Assembly (NCBI GenBank): GCA_051294375.1
Contig: CM119268.1
Span: 8,489,008-8,553,007 of the forward strand
Source: Paraspadella gotoi
Lineage: Eukaryota > Animalia > Chaetognatha
Direction of reading: 5' to 3'
Length of the DNA: 64,000 nt
This document shows positions 1 to 13,664 of this stretch, piece by piece (the first letter of the stretch is position 1; each line of letters starts with the position of its first letter). The notes under the pieces are model-generated. The model worked only from the letters and a program-made list of their open reading frames with translations. It did not search any database and was not told the DNA's origin. The position numbers were made by a program, and so were the translations under genes.

Positions 1-1469
1 TATGAAAAAAAAGAAAATGGGGTTCGAGTTTCGGGGTCGAAGAAACGAGAATCGATTTCGTCTCACACGAGATTTCGATCACGTGACACCGAGGAGGGCG
101 CGAGTGGCGAGTGCTCTCGGGAGAGTGCCAGAGCGAGACGAGATCTTTGGAGATTGTTGAGGCTCAAGAGTCCCTCTCTTTCTCTCTATCTCTCTCTCTC
201 TCTTTCTCTCTTTCTCTCTCTCTGTCTGCGTATTTCCTGTTTGTCTCTGTCTCTGTTTCCCTGAGACTCGATTCGCTTTACTCGATCTTTATGAGAAATA
301 AATTTTGCTTTCTAAGAATCTTTATTCCCAAAGGCGAGAATGATTTTATGGCAACGCAAACTCTCTTTCTNNNNNNNNNNNNNNNNNNNNNNNNNNNNNN
401 NNNNNNNNNNNNNNNNNNNNNNNNNNNNNNNNNNNNNNNNNNNNNNNNNNNNNNNNNNNNNNNNNNNNNNNNNNNNNNNNNNNNNNNNNNNNNNNNNNNN
501 NNNNNNNNNNNNNNNNNNNNNNNNNNNNNNNNNNNNNGTCATCAGAAGTATGATGTCGTATGATGCTTTATTTTAGTCTCTTCTTTTCTTTTACTTTCTT
601 TCGGCCGCTGGTATCTTCAATTTGCCTATTCGCTTTCTTCTCAACTTCCCTATTTGTCAACACGCTTCATTATCAATGTATTTAGCAATTTTATTTTAAT
701 TCTTTGTTTCCTCTTTTGTTTTGACCCTCGCAATTAAACAACTCCTTTCAACTAAACAGTTAAATTCCTAAGTCGCTTTCGGCGCGCTAACAATGGCGTC
801 GGGGTTCCATCGGTTCGCCTCGGCATTGAGACTTGATGGACCGAATTCTTTTGTTTGAAATTAGACGCCCTCTAGTAGTAAACTCGGAAACGATGTGGCG
901 GCGTAGAAGGACAATTGCGTCAATGACGACGAGGGAACGTGGGCCATTTGGTTTAATGATAACCACGAGGCAAACAACAAAGACGACTACGGCAATAAAG
1001 AAATATTGTTCGTTAAAGAATAACGAGTTTAACTTTAACATCGTTACCGACGACAATAATCGCGAATTTAACAAAAATGAACTTTGATCACACCTGATCT
1101 ACACTTCCGATGATCCTTTAATCTTGCTTTAAGCTTGAAGAGAACGTAATGTTTTTTTGTTTACTTTTTTTTTGGTTTTGTTTTTTTTTATTTTGTCCGT
1201 TTCGCACTTCACGCTGCGAAGAAAGAGCGAACGTTTTTTCTTTCTTTTTTTTTCTGTCTTTCTTTCTTTTTTTTTTCTTTCTTTCTTTCTCTCTTTATTT
1301 TTTTCTTTCTTTTCTTTCTCTTTTTCTTTGATTCTTTCTTTCTTTCTTTGTCCATTTTCTCTTTTTTTTATTTCCTTCCCTATCCATTTGTTGACGGAGA
1401 GCGAGAGGTTTTGTATTTGTCGGGAATGGCAAGTGGTCCTCCTCGTGTCGTTATCGTTGGGAAGTGGGG

Positions 1470-1725
1470 GGTGGCGGAAGTGACGAGGTGGGCATGAGGA
1501 AAGTGGGCAGGGCGGAATTGGGCAGGGCGGAAGTTGGCTTGGGCATGGGCGGGCCAAGTGAGCATGAAGAAATTGGTTTTGGTGGAAGTGTGTGAATTAA
1601 CTCGGCGGAAGTGTCGATGTAGTTGCCCTGGCGGAAGAAGGCGAGGTAAAGTGGTCTTTGGTAAAGTGGGAATAGCGGAAATAGGCGTGGTAGAAGTAGG
1701 CGTGGCCGAAGAGGAGACGCTAAAG
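1470..1725 (+). repeat. Degenerate ~15-bp minisatellite (core GGAAGTGG)
   Basis: Examples: cggaattgggcaggg / cggaagttggcttgg / taaagtggtctttgg / taaagtgggaatagc / agaagtaggcgtggc. Confidence 0.65.
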
Positions 1726-3539
1726 CCTCTCGGTGAGAGAAAACCTGCTCAGGAGCAGGAGCCCAAGTTTGAAGGAATATTCTCGATTCCTGAAGAGCAT
1801 TTTTTGTATACGACCAAATTTTTTTCGCCAAAGTTATGGCGCGACCTTCCTAAGAAATTGGACGAAAGGCAGGCGACTCGCTCATGGAAAGAAGAAAAAG
1901 GAGGAAAATATGATCCCTCAAAAGATCCTATTTGGCCATTATGTAAGTTCCTTTGACACACCCACCTTTATATCGAAAAGATGGCTGTCTTTCCCGGTTA
2001 ATGAGGGGTCTTCACTTTTCGATCTCTCACGTGAGACGTCACATTCTTTCGTTAAATTTACTTCGNNNNNNNNNNNNNNNNNNNNNNNNNNNNNNNNNNN
2101 NNNNNNNNNNNNNNNNNNNNNNNNNNNNNNNNNNNNNNNNNNNNNNNNNNNNNNNNNNNNNNNNNNNNNNNNNNNNNNNNNNNNNNNNNNNNNNNNNNNN
2201 NNNNNNNNNNNNNNNNNNNNNNNNNNNNNNNNNNNNNNNNNNNNNNNNNNNNNNNNNNNNNNNNNNNNNNNNNNNNNNNNNNNNNNNNNNNNNNNNNNNN
2301 NNNNNNNNNNNNNNNNNNNNNNNNNNNNNNNNNNNNNNNNNNNNNNNNNNNNNNNNNNNNNNNNNNNNNNNNNNNNNNNNNNNNNNNNNNNNNNNNNNNN
2401 NNNNNNNNNNNNNNNNNNNNNNNNNNNNNNNNNNNNNNNNNNNNNNNNNNNNNNNNNNNNNNNNNNNNNNNNNNNNNNNNNNNNNNNNNNNNNNNNNNNN
2501 NNNNNNNNNNNNNNNNNNNNNNNNNNNNNNNNNNNNNNNNNNNNNNNNNNNNNNNNNNNNNNNNNNNNNNNNNGTCGTCGTCGTCGTCGTCGTCGTCTCG
2601 GGTACCAAAGGGAACTCGGAATTAGTGCGTCTCTGGAGAGAGTCGCGACGTGGCATCGGAAGATGCTGACGTCGAGGAAACGTCGCTTTTGCTTTCGTCG
2701 TCGTCGTCGGCGTCGTCGTCGCTGTCATCTTTTATTTAGCTTTGAGGTGAAGAAATTTGTGCCTGGAGAGTTTGAAGTTCGGATGGGACGCAATTGTGAA
2801 AATCGCAACCGAAGAACTCGACAATCTCACCTTTGAATCCAACATTGGCTTTGTTTTTCCGGGTTGCCGCCATTTATGTACATTAGGGAATTCTTTAAGC
2901 CAAAATCAAAAGCACCGCCATTTTATCGGTTACATTGAGTAATGTTTCTTAAACTGTTAAACTTTCCTAAGACTGTCAGAATCTCGTTTTTAAAACAACA
3001 AACACGACGTCATTGTTGGGTCGATAAAAGTTAAGTTTAAATATTAAGTTAGCAAGATTTCGATATTGGAATGAAATTGACCAAATGAAAATGATCACCG
3101 ATTTCCGACTTGTTTTGTCCGAAAATTAATTCAGGGGACCCGGCTTTATTTTATATTATAAAATGATTGCTTGAATTTCATCCTAGACTTTTTCTTGTAT
3201 ACCACAGTAAATAACAGTCGTTTTTCATTTTTGTCTCGTCAATTCGTCACAACACGTCATAGCAGGAGAGAATGAAATAAAAATTGAATTTTAGATTTTT
3301 AATTCAGGTGTTTCCATAGTCGTTGTACTATCTTTTTAATCCTCGTTATTATATTTCTTCCTTTATAATCAATAATAAAAATCGGGTATATAAGGCAGAT
3401 GTCAATATCTAGTGAATGCTGGGTTTTATCAAGAGGCAAGAAACAGATTTCTGTCGAGGATGTTTTTTTTCGCCGCTATTTTTGCTGCCAATGCTTGCGA
3501 TCCCTCCTAGCCAGGTGTGAGATTGTATTTATTGTATCT

Positions 3540-5823
3540 ACTCAAGAGAGAAAGGGAAACTCGTAAACGTCACCGGCGGCGCAAAAAATCGTCTTTCTCC
3601 TCGTCTCTCCTCTTTTCGTCTCGCCTTTGGCAAAGACATTCATTCTTTCGACGGCGATGGCTGCGGCGGCCGGCTGCGGCGGCTGCGGCGGCCGCCTGCG
3701 GTAGGGTTTTTGTTTATGTTGTCTTGGTTTTTTTTTTCCGCGAGATGGCGGACCATTTATGTCGTCACCATCGTCGTTATCCGTTATCGAGCCTCGTTGT
3801 CGTTGGCGAGAATTCCAGTGATTCATCATCGTTGTCGTCGTCGTCGTTATCATCCTCTGATTGTCGTTATCTTCGTCGTCTTCATCGTCGTCGCCGTTTA
3901 ATACCGTCATCGCAAATTTTGTAAAAATAGTTAGTTAATTTGAGTTGTCACTAGTGAAAGGTAATTTGTATTGAAAACATTACGACCACCTACAGTTACA
4001 AAATCTCAACGTTAACAAAAATTCGTATCGCTACTGTCTCTTTGAATTTGACGCCCCCTCGGATGTCACGCTCGATCGACGCTCGTCTCACGGGTCCGCC
4101 CTCTTCCGCACGACAACGCATCACTTACGGTGGAAGACTTTTTTTTTTCAAAATTTATCAAGTGAAAGTGAAAGTGAAGCAAAGATTTTGTAGCTTTTCC
4201 TATTTTTTCACTCGATCATAATATTAATTTGCTTTTAAATTTTAATTATTGATACTAATAAAAGTATAATTCGTTATTTAAAAAAAACTATTCCCAGCGG
4301 AAAAAATGAATCTTTTTCTACGTTGCAAGGACGGAGTTGGCACTTGAGTATTTTTTTTATGCCAAACCGAATCAGATTAATGAAGTTTCATCTCACTCTC
4401 GCGCAGAAACGCTCTCACTCTCTCTCCCTTTTAAATTTTGGTTTTCACATCCTGGCTGAAAATGAAATTAGCGCCAATAGAGAGAGAGTGAGAGAGAGAA
4501 GCCACTTTTCTCTCCTCTTTTTCTGCTTTTTCGCTCTTTGACGTTGATTAATGAGTTTGGCTCAATCTTTTTCTAGGTTAAAATTCGCAGCAATTCATTT
4601 TTTTACTTAAATCTTTATGCTTTAAAAAATTAGGAAGATTAAATATTAGATTTTTTTTTTTTATTTTAAAGCCTAACTTTTTAGGCTAAAGCTGGAGTAA
4701 AATGATTTTTACGACGATGAAAGTTATAAGTAAAGAATTTTTCATCTTTTCAGCAAAGTTAAGAATTTTTTTTAGCAGAGACATAATAAATTTTGTCAGC
4801 AAAGTTAAAAACAGTTTTAGCAAAGTTATTTATCTTTTTTAGCAAAGTTATTAATCTTTTTTTGCCAAGGCATATACAAAACTCGCAAAATTCGAACATA
4901 AAAAAAAAAAAGAAAACTTATACTTAAAACAACTCGCGACCTCAAAACCTTCGCTCTCAAAATGTTTCCGTTTCAGCGAATATTTCTTTCACCTTTCGCA
5001 TTAAACTTTCGTCAATATTTTTCCCGCCCCCCCAAAAAAATGTCAGATTCGAAAGTTGGAAGGCTTTCCGCTCCATTCCTCATTCGAACTCCACCCCATC
5101 ATCCTCGTTAACTCACCTTTTCCTCCTTCCTTACCTTCCTCCTTTAGGAGTACACGATGGCGATCGGGACTCTGGAAGGCAAAGAGCAGGAGCACCTCAC
5201 CCTCATTCGAATCAAAGACCAAGAAATCCTCCAAGCGTCGAACACAATCACGGAACTCTCGGGTAAGGAAAACTTGGAAGGGGAAAGAGTAAGGGGTGAG
5301 TAAACGGGGATCGAGGGTAAGTTTTGAGGGCAAAGAGTCGGAAGAAGAGGAGTTTTGGATTCGAGTTGACCCGAGAAGCAAATTGGGGCCGAGGGAATCC
5401 AAAACGTGAGAGGATTTTTTGGAAAGAGGGCCGAGTGGAGATCGTTGTTGTTGGTTGTTGTTTCGTTTGTTATTTTTGCTGTTGGTGATGTAGCTGCTGT
5501 TTCCGTTTTAGTTGAGAATGATGTTTGAAAGTCTTAAAATAGAGTGAAAAAATATATGGCCACCGGATGGATTTCACCGTGTCATTTATTGATTTTATGT
5601 ACAATTTAGTTACCGACAATCCGAAGTAGAAGCTGTTGTTGTTAATTTGTTGTTGTTTTAATTGTCGTTTCGGTGTAACTCAACTCGTTGTTTCGAGGTC
5701 TATAAATTTAAGTGACTAAAAATACATGATACAAATATATACAATTACCGGATTGATTTCCAACGTGTCATTTGTTTTCTCATGTTAATGTTGTAAATGT
5801 CTGTTGTCATTGCCTCTGACATA
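3540..5823 (-). CDS. Fragments of a putative spliced low-complexity gene, frameshifted in the assembly
   Basis: Minus-strand MSEAMTTDIYNINMRKQMTRWKSI|GT near 5823-5748, a similar repeated exon near 5699-5563, ORF 5043-5402 with a GTGAGT donor near 5115, and an acidic ORF 3542-3910. No family recognised. Confidence 0.3.
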
Positions 5824-6045
5824 GTTGTTGTTGTTTTTTTTTTTGGGCTGTTATTTTTGTTATTTTTGTTGACTTGACTTGACTTGATAGGCGTTCGTCC
5901 TTCGATCTTAACTGAAAAGAAATGACATCGAAAAGCAGAGAGCGACGAGAGACTGTCTCGAGTTCAGTTTGAAAAATCGTGGAAACTCGAAGCAAAAATT
6001 GGGGTCAATTGTCGGTTTATGAGGCTTTCAATGGGGAAAGTCACT

Positions 6046-6155
<110 letters not shown>

Positions 6156-6623
6156 AGCGACTACTGTCTCATATATATCAATAAATTTAAACTAAAACAG
6201 ATTATTGCCAACGAAAACTTTCCACCTTGCCCTTTTAAAATATGTTTTCCTTTTTTAAATTTCAAAATTAACAAATAAATGATTTTCCACCCACGTCTAC
6301 TCTATTCAAGCATTTTTTACTCCCTTTCCAGCCAAACTTCACTCCACTTCCAATCATATTTCACTCCATTTCTTTCCATACTTTACTCCAGCTCTCACCT
6401 CTCAACCTTCTCCCCAGCTTACTGGTTAATTTACCTTTCGCAACAACAAATTACAACGAAACTCATAAAATTTTGAAAAAACATTTTCGTGAATTAAGTT
6501 GAGATGGTGTTTGGCCGGAAAATACTGCGCCTTTACAATTTAGAAGACGAGGTGCCCATTATTTCTCTTCTCTCTCTCTCTTCTCTCTCTCTCTCCTCTC
6601 TCTGTCTCTCTCTCTCTCTCTCG

Positions 6624-6654
<31 letters not shown>

Positions 6655-7410
6655 CCTCTCTTCTCTTCTCTCTCTCTCTCTCTTCTCTCTTCCCTCCTCT
6701 CCCTTCTCTTCTCAATTTATTTTCTCTCGCTATATTTTCAAGTCATTTTTTTTTTTATTAAATACCAAAAAAAAACCAAGTCATTTTCGTTTGTTTTTCT
6801 CGATCGTTTATTTGATTTGTTTATTTACACTTAAAATATTACTCTCGTTGCTTTTCCTCGTCATCCTCATGTCTATGACGGTTTTCACGACGCGTCTGTT
6901 TGCCAGTTTGCCACTTCTGCCACTTCGCCACTTCCTTCCTCTCGTCACTTTGTCACCAACGCTCTCTCGCGGAAGGACAACTAAACCCAAATCCCAGCCT
7001 ATATTTTTTTTTCTTCGGTGTCTCAGTTTTTTCTTTCGACAAATTTGAATACCACTCATTCTTTTTTTTTTAGTCAAAACTGAATCCCTTTTTCTCACTC
7101 AACTATGATATTTATTCCCCTTAAAAAAAAAAAAAAACAACCAAAACATAATTTTTTTTTCTTTCCGTTTTCTGAGCCTGAATAATATACATTTCTATCA
7201 GTTTCTGGATTGCTGATTTGTATGGCTACAATTTTTCCTTCAGCAGATTTTTTTAACTTAACCTAATGATAAAAAGCTATGACAGCAAATATCAAATTTT
7301 AGGATGTACTTGTTAAAAGTCTTAGAATGTTGAAATTGAAATTAACTTTAGGATTAATCATACAAATATTTGTCTCTATTTGTCTCCCCCCCCCTCGTTC
7401 CGTCCTACAG

Positions 7411-10400
7411 CCAAACTGAAAAAGTCGGAGCTGGTGCTGAGGGAATCGAGAAAACAAGAGAACGAGTTGCATAAAAGTTGCTGCGAGTGGAGATCAAAGG
7501 CGGGAGAGACTAAGAGAGAGTTGCAAAAATTGCATAGCGAATTCGGATCCCTGGCAGAGGGTCATCAGGCGAGTCGTAGATTGGTTCCATTCGATTTGAT
7601 CGGATTAAATTTGATATTAGTATCGATTGGTGGGCTGCATTAATTATTCCACGATTGATTGATTGATTGAATCTTCTATTCCAACTCCAGTCGATCAACG
7701 ACGCCCTGGACAAATGCAAGGAACAACTCTCGACAATCAATCGAGACTACGAATGCGCGTTGGAGCGAGAGAAGAGAAAAGATCAACTCTTGGATTTGCA
7801 GAAGTCGAAGCAGGAGCGGGCCGAGACGGAATTGGCCAGTCTCAGAGCGGTGAGTGGAAGGGGGAGAGAAAAATTTAGTTGGAGATTTAAGAAGATGATT
7901 ATTTGATGATATGATGATACGATGATACGATGATATGTGACGCAGGTTATGGTTTTCCGTGATAGGGTGGTTAGCTTGATGACTAATGCAAAGCTAGACT
8001 TCCTAGCTATGGATTAAACTTTCCAATANNNNNNNNNNNNNNNNNNNNNNNNNNNNNNNNNNNNNNNNNNNNNNNNNNNNNNNNNNNNNNNNNNNNNNNN
8101 NNNNNNNNNNNNNNNNNNNNNNNNNNNNNNNNNNNNNNNNNNNNNNNNNNNNNNNNNNNNNNNNNNNNNNNNNNNNNNNNNNNNNNNNNNNNNNNNNNNN
8201 NNNNNNNNNNNNNNNNNNNNNNNNNNNNNNNNNNNNNNNNNNNNNNNNNNNNNNNNNNNNNNNNNNNNNNNNNNNNNNNNNNNNNNNNNNNNNNNNNNNN
8301 NNNNNNNNNNNNGTGGGAGCTCGATCGGATTTAAGCGTCAGACAAACAAAACCACATCGCCGATACGCGATGCCTTTTGTTTTAAATGAAAAACTACATA
8401 AAGTTCAAAATGGAGAANNNNNNNNNNNNNNNNNNNNNNNNNNNNNNNNNNNNNNNNNNNNNNNNNNNNNNNNNNNNNNNNNNNNNNNNNNNNNNNNNNN
8501 NNNNNNNNNNNNNNNNNNNNNNNNNNNNNNNNNNNNNNNNNNNNNNNNNNNNNNNNNNNNNNNNNNNNNNNNNNNNNNNNNNNNNNNNNNNNNNNNNNNN
8601 NNNNNNNNNNNNNNNNNNNNNNNNNNNNNNNNNNNNNNNNNNNNNNNNNNNNNNNNNNNNNNNNNNNAGTTGGTGACATCAGAAGTTCGATGTTCCACTG
8701 TAACTCTAGCGGCTTCTGAATAGAAGAAGCAGAGGACAAGCTTCAGTCGGCAGTAGTATGAGGAAGGCCAATGGACCGGTCAATGGCATGCACAACTGAG
8801 TGATAAGATTGGGTCAGCACGTAATATCATAGCCTACAATGGTCATCTAAAATGTAATCAAGTAAATGTAATGAAAAGAACCAAAGAGCAACAGATAATA
8901 TAAAGAGGAACAAATCATGAGTAAGGCATATACTATAAAGTAACTAAAAGTAAGAAAACTAAATATAAATGTCTATGAAAGAGACCACGAAGATGAACGG
9001 AGGCAGACGATCCAGAGGGAGAGAAGGTAATACACGTCACGGTAACAGGTTCGTAGTTTAGAACAAAAATCGTTGCTGTCGCCGCAATAAAAGAACGAAT
9101 GACGAAGCGGAAAGAAACGGTGCCGTTCTTTTGATTCGGTCGGAGTCGAATTCTGGCCCAACGAGGCGTCGAAAATGGGGATTGGCGCGGCGGCGTCAAC
9201 AAAAAAAAACCGTGATGCCGTCACGCAGCGACGCCGCAAATCAATTTCGTCGGCCACACGTGCTTACATCATTAACACTTTTTCTCATTACGATTCCGTT
9301 CCGCTTAACCAGCGGTGCCAGAGAAAGAAAGCTCTCCTCTGCTCCACCGTCTCTCCTCCCTCCTCTCTCTCCTCTCTCTCTCTCCTCCCTCCAGAGTGGC
9401 TAAGGGTCTCCTCAGCCCGCGGGTGGCAACTCCGGACGATCACTCCGTTAGCCGGATTTGGCGGCCAGGACGTAACAACTCGCATCCGCGCCGTTTTCTA
9501 CGGCGCCTCGGCAGCGAGCCCGACGCCTCGTGGTGCGCCGTCCTGGAACGCGGAGGATTCGTCACCGTCTCGACCTCTCTCGGCGACGCTAAGAACGAAC
9601 GTTGGCGACGACGAACGACGTGAGTTGACGAATTGGATTAACGGACTTTTCTTTTCTCCTCTTTTCATTTTCTTTTTCTTTTTTTTTTTTTCTTTCTTTC
9701 TCTTTCTCTTTTCTTTTTGTTTTTTCTTCTTTCTTTCTCTTTTTAATTTTTTTTCCTCTTTTCTCTTTTTCCTTTTTTCTCTCTTTTTTTCTTTTTCCTT
9801 TTGCTTTTCCTCTTTCCTCCTCTCTTTCCTTGTTTTTTCCTCTTTCTTTTTCTTCTTTTTCCCCTCTTCTTCTCCTTTTTTCTTCTTCTTTTTTCTCTTT
9901 TTTCTCCTCTTTTCTTGTTTTTCTTTGTCAACTTTTTTTTCTTTCTTTCTCGTCTTTTTCTTTCTTTTTCTCCTCAACTCTGTATGACTTGACGTCGATT
10001 CTCTCTTTTCTTCTCTTCGAAGTTCCTTCTTTTTTTGTGCTTCGGTTTCAAACTGTTTCTTCTTTTTCTTTTAGATTTTACTCTTTTTTTGAGTGGAGGG
10101 GGGGGTTCTTTTCTTCGTATTCATATTCTTCTCATTTTCACTTTTTTCTCCTCTTGGCTTTTATTTCTTTTTGGGTTGACTATTCAATATTCATTCCTGA
10201 TTTATTTTTTTTCCTCTCACGCTCCTTTTCTTTATTTCAATTTTGTTTTGTTTGTTTTATCGTTCTCTGAGTCTTGATCTTTCAACGGGTCGCCATTTCC
10301 TCAAAGCGAGTCTTTCTTACGCGGAACCCTCCGCTTGAACTTCTTGACTGGCCTTCCCATTTAAAATTGCTTAACCTTTTTAGTCGTGACCGACAATTTA

Positions 10401-10845
10401 TTTTTTGGAGCGTGAGTTTATTTCTATTTTGTTTGTTCCTTGACTANNNNNNNNNNNNNNNNNNNNNNNNNAGAGAGAAGAGAGGGACAGAGAGAGAGGA
10501 GAGAGAGAGATAAGAAGAGGAAAGAGAGGAAGGAGAGAGAGAGAAATCTTCTCTCCTGATTTACATTTTTTTTTCTTCCGCCATTGTCCTTTTTTAACCT
10601 TTTTCCTGCCTTTGTTCTTTTTCTTTTTGGCTTCCGCTTTTTACGTATTCTGCTTCCTTTTTAAATTTTTTTCTTCATCGTTTTTTACTTATTTGCCGTG
10701 TATTTTTGTTTTGTCCAAACGCTTATTCCCTTCCTCGTATTGTCCTCATCTGTTTCCCCTGCCATCCTAAACGGAGTTATTTTTTGTTGCTCTGATCTTT
10801 TATATATTTTCTACTTAGCTTTTCTTGTCTCTCCCCCGCCCTTCT

Positions 10846-10883
<38 letters not shown>

Positions 10884-11716
10884 TCCTCCAGAGTGGCTAA
10901 GGGTCTCCTCAGCCCCGCGGGTGGCAACTCCGGACGATCCACTCCGTTGGCGGATTTGGCGCCAGGACGTAACAACTCGGCATCCGCGCCGTTTTCTACG
11001 GCGCCATCGGCAGCGGGGCCGACGCCTCGTGGTGGCGCCGTCTGGGAACGCCGGAGGATTCGTCACCGTCTCGACCTCTCTCGGCGACGCAAAGACGAAC
11101 GTTGGCGACGACGAACATTCTCTCTCTTTTTTTTAAATTTATTGGCCACTGTTCAAAATTGATTTATTATTTTGGTTTTATTGAAAAAAAATCCTATGTA
11201 CCCTTTTATGTACCGTTAATATATTTTTGTATACCTAGTCTGCTCCTTTTTTATTTCTTGTGCCTTTATTTGTTTTTACTGTCCTTCTATCCGTCTTTTT
11301 CGCTTTACTTCTCTTTCTTCTGAATAAATCAGAAATTGTTTTTTGTTCGTAGAGAAGCTAATCCTTGTAGTGACAGAAATAAGTGTATTGATTGGCTGAA
11401 TGAGGTAAAAAATGTAATGAAAATGCTTTTTCATTTCAAAACATTATTTAAATTATTTAAATTATTTAAATAGGTATATTTGGTAGATTTAATAACATAC
11501 TACACCTATTTTTCGTCCTCATTTGGCCATTTTGCGCGTACTGTATGTTTGTGGTAAAAGAAAAAAAACACGGCTCTTGATTATAAAAATTTAAAATCAA
11601 ATTAATTAGGCGTTTTAAACAAAAATAAAACAAGAAAATATAAAATACATTGCCTTTTTTTAAATATAAAATCAAGAAACCGTAAGTCCTAATCTTTGTT
11701 CGTGTACTAGCATGTG

Positions 11717-11761
<45 letters not shown>

Positions 11762-12590
11762 TTTTTCCAGTATAGAACTCCCAGTCCGCGTTAAACCAGC
11801 TCCGAGTCCCCCACACCCGGAGAGTGGCGCCCCCTCGCGAGCCGCCACACCCAGCGCCAACCCTTCCCGCGCCACTGACCCGAGAGCCGCCACTCCGTCT
11901 TCCTTGGCCGAGAGAACCTTCGACGCCGAAGAGCTCGTCGCGATGTGTCCACGTCGTGTCTTCAGTTGACCGCCGGAAGTTCTGAAGCCCGGCGTCCGGC
12001 GCGACTTCGCTCAAATCGCCGGCCAACGCGGCCCGCGGAACCGAATGCCGTCCGCTCAAGCGACGGACTTCTGAGCTGGTCGTCCCCTCAAATCGGAAAC
12101 GGCGAATCGACCAATCGAAGAGGAGGAGGTCGAACGCCCCGCCCACCGCGCGCATCCGCCAATGGGAGGTTGACTAGAAGCATTGAAAGAGGACACGATC
12201 GACCGAAGTGAGAGATCATCTTTCGTAGCGGACAAAGACACGGCACTCCTATTGGCTAGAAACAATCGAGAATCAAGCAATGAACGAGGACCCTCGCAGA
12301 GGTTCTTTGGACCGAGATTATCGGCCAATCAGATTAATGGACGGTCGACAGCCGAGACCAGGAAGAACGAACGACGACGACGACGATACGACGACGACGA
12401 GCGACGACGACCGCCCGAAGAACGCGGCCGTCGCCGGACAAGAAAGTTGCAACCGAACTCTTGGCGGAATCGATGAAGGATGGTTGAAGAAACTGGAGAG
12501 ATCTACGTTCGCCCGACGCGGGGATGATGGAGTAAGCTGCGGTGCTGCTGCAGTAGAAGACGAACGTACGACATCGAGGAAATGCTTTGA
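7411..12590 (+). CDS. Partial spliced gene: coiled-coil exons followed by low-complexity S/P/D-rich exons; product unknown
   Basis: Exons 7411-7568 and 7691-7849 (KLKKSELVLRESRKQENEL.. / SINDALDKCKEQL..ETELASLRA) are heptad-like, and more exons probably lie in the N-gaps. An exon at about 9394-9619 ends at GTGAGT. The terminal exon 11771-12590 ends DIEEML*, followed by AATAAA at about 12691 and 12727. Indel errors break the frame, and joining all exons into one gene is inferred. Confidence 0.55.
10840..11116 (+). repeat. Direct duplicate of the exon at about 9360-9617
   Basis: CCAGAGTGGCTAAGGGTCTCC..GGCGACGACGAAC is repeated after a CT tract. This copy lacks the GTGAGT donor. Confidence 0.85.
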
Positions 12591-13585
12591 GGAATTTCAA
12601 CGGACGTTTTACATTTCGTTGTCATTTTTGTGAACATCACATCAAAGGGCATTTAGCAATCGAGGTTTACCAAATGAAAAAATTCGGAGGAATAAAAGCA
12701 TAGATTTATAATAAGTAATAATAACCAATAAATGAGGCAATTAAAAGCACACCCAGTCGTCTTTCATTTTTGTCATCGTCTCTTGAAATCGCAAATTGAA
12801 ACATAAGTTAGGACAATAAGATTAAAGTACCAGCAATCAACCTCATATAGACTTTTTTGTTACATGTTTTCGTGTTTACGTTAGGGAGTCATAACGGAAG
12901 TCTTAAGTTTTGAATTATTTTTTTTCAAAATTGAATGTTTCTAGTTTCGAAATAATTTACTAACTGTAGACCCTAACGTGCAATATAAAGCACTTATTTA
13001 TAATTTTATTCTTCAAATCACATATTCTTTTTTCTCGTGTCTATTCTACCTCGATCTTCAAATTGCGATCTTCTTTGAATCTTAGCTTTCAGTCTTTGTC
13101 TTCATCCTAACTTTAACTCATTTCTTATCTCTATCAAATCAAAATTCTTCTCTCTAAAAAGCTCGTTTTTTAAGAACGATTTTTTTCCTATCCAGAGTCT
13201 TTGATAAGTAGATAACCATTCAGTACTACAATCCTCTTAAACGTTGAGATGGTTAACGAAAAGTAAATCCTCATATCTATTAGGCGTTTCTACGTATTTT
13301 CTGATTAATTCGGTTTGCAATAGACGCGATCTGCTTAGGGCTCGTATCGATTTAAAAAAAATTCAAAATTAACTCATTGTAAAATAATTTAATGCCCTCT
13401 GCTAAGCCAAAGATAATATTTTTATTTCATATGCTAACGACCCTAAGTTATTTTTGTAGGAAGAACTTCTATGTTCAAACCATGTCCGCATCTGTACACC
13501 TACAGCAATGACTAATGGTAATTTTAATTTAATTAATCACAATTATTTTTTCGTTCGCTGTCGTTTTTCTTCGATCTCTTTGCGA

Positions 13586-13617
<32 letters not shown>

Positions 13618-13633
13618 TCTCATCTCTCTCTCT

Positions 13634-13664
<31 letters not shown>

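Noticed and set aside
111-2836. ORFs spanning N runs (also 8313-8739)
   Set aside because: They stay open only because of assembly gaps.
9175-10277. Long F/L/S-rich and K/R/E-rich ORFs (also 1129-1557, 6504-6761, 45132-45937)
   Set aside because: They are translations of stop-free pyrimidine/purine low-complexity tracts.
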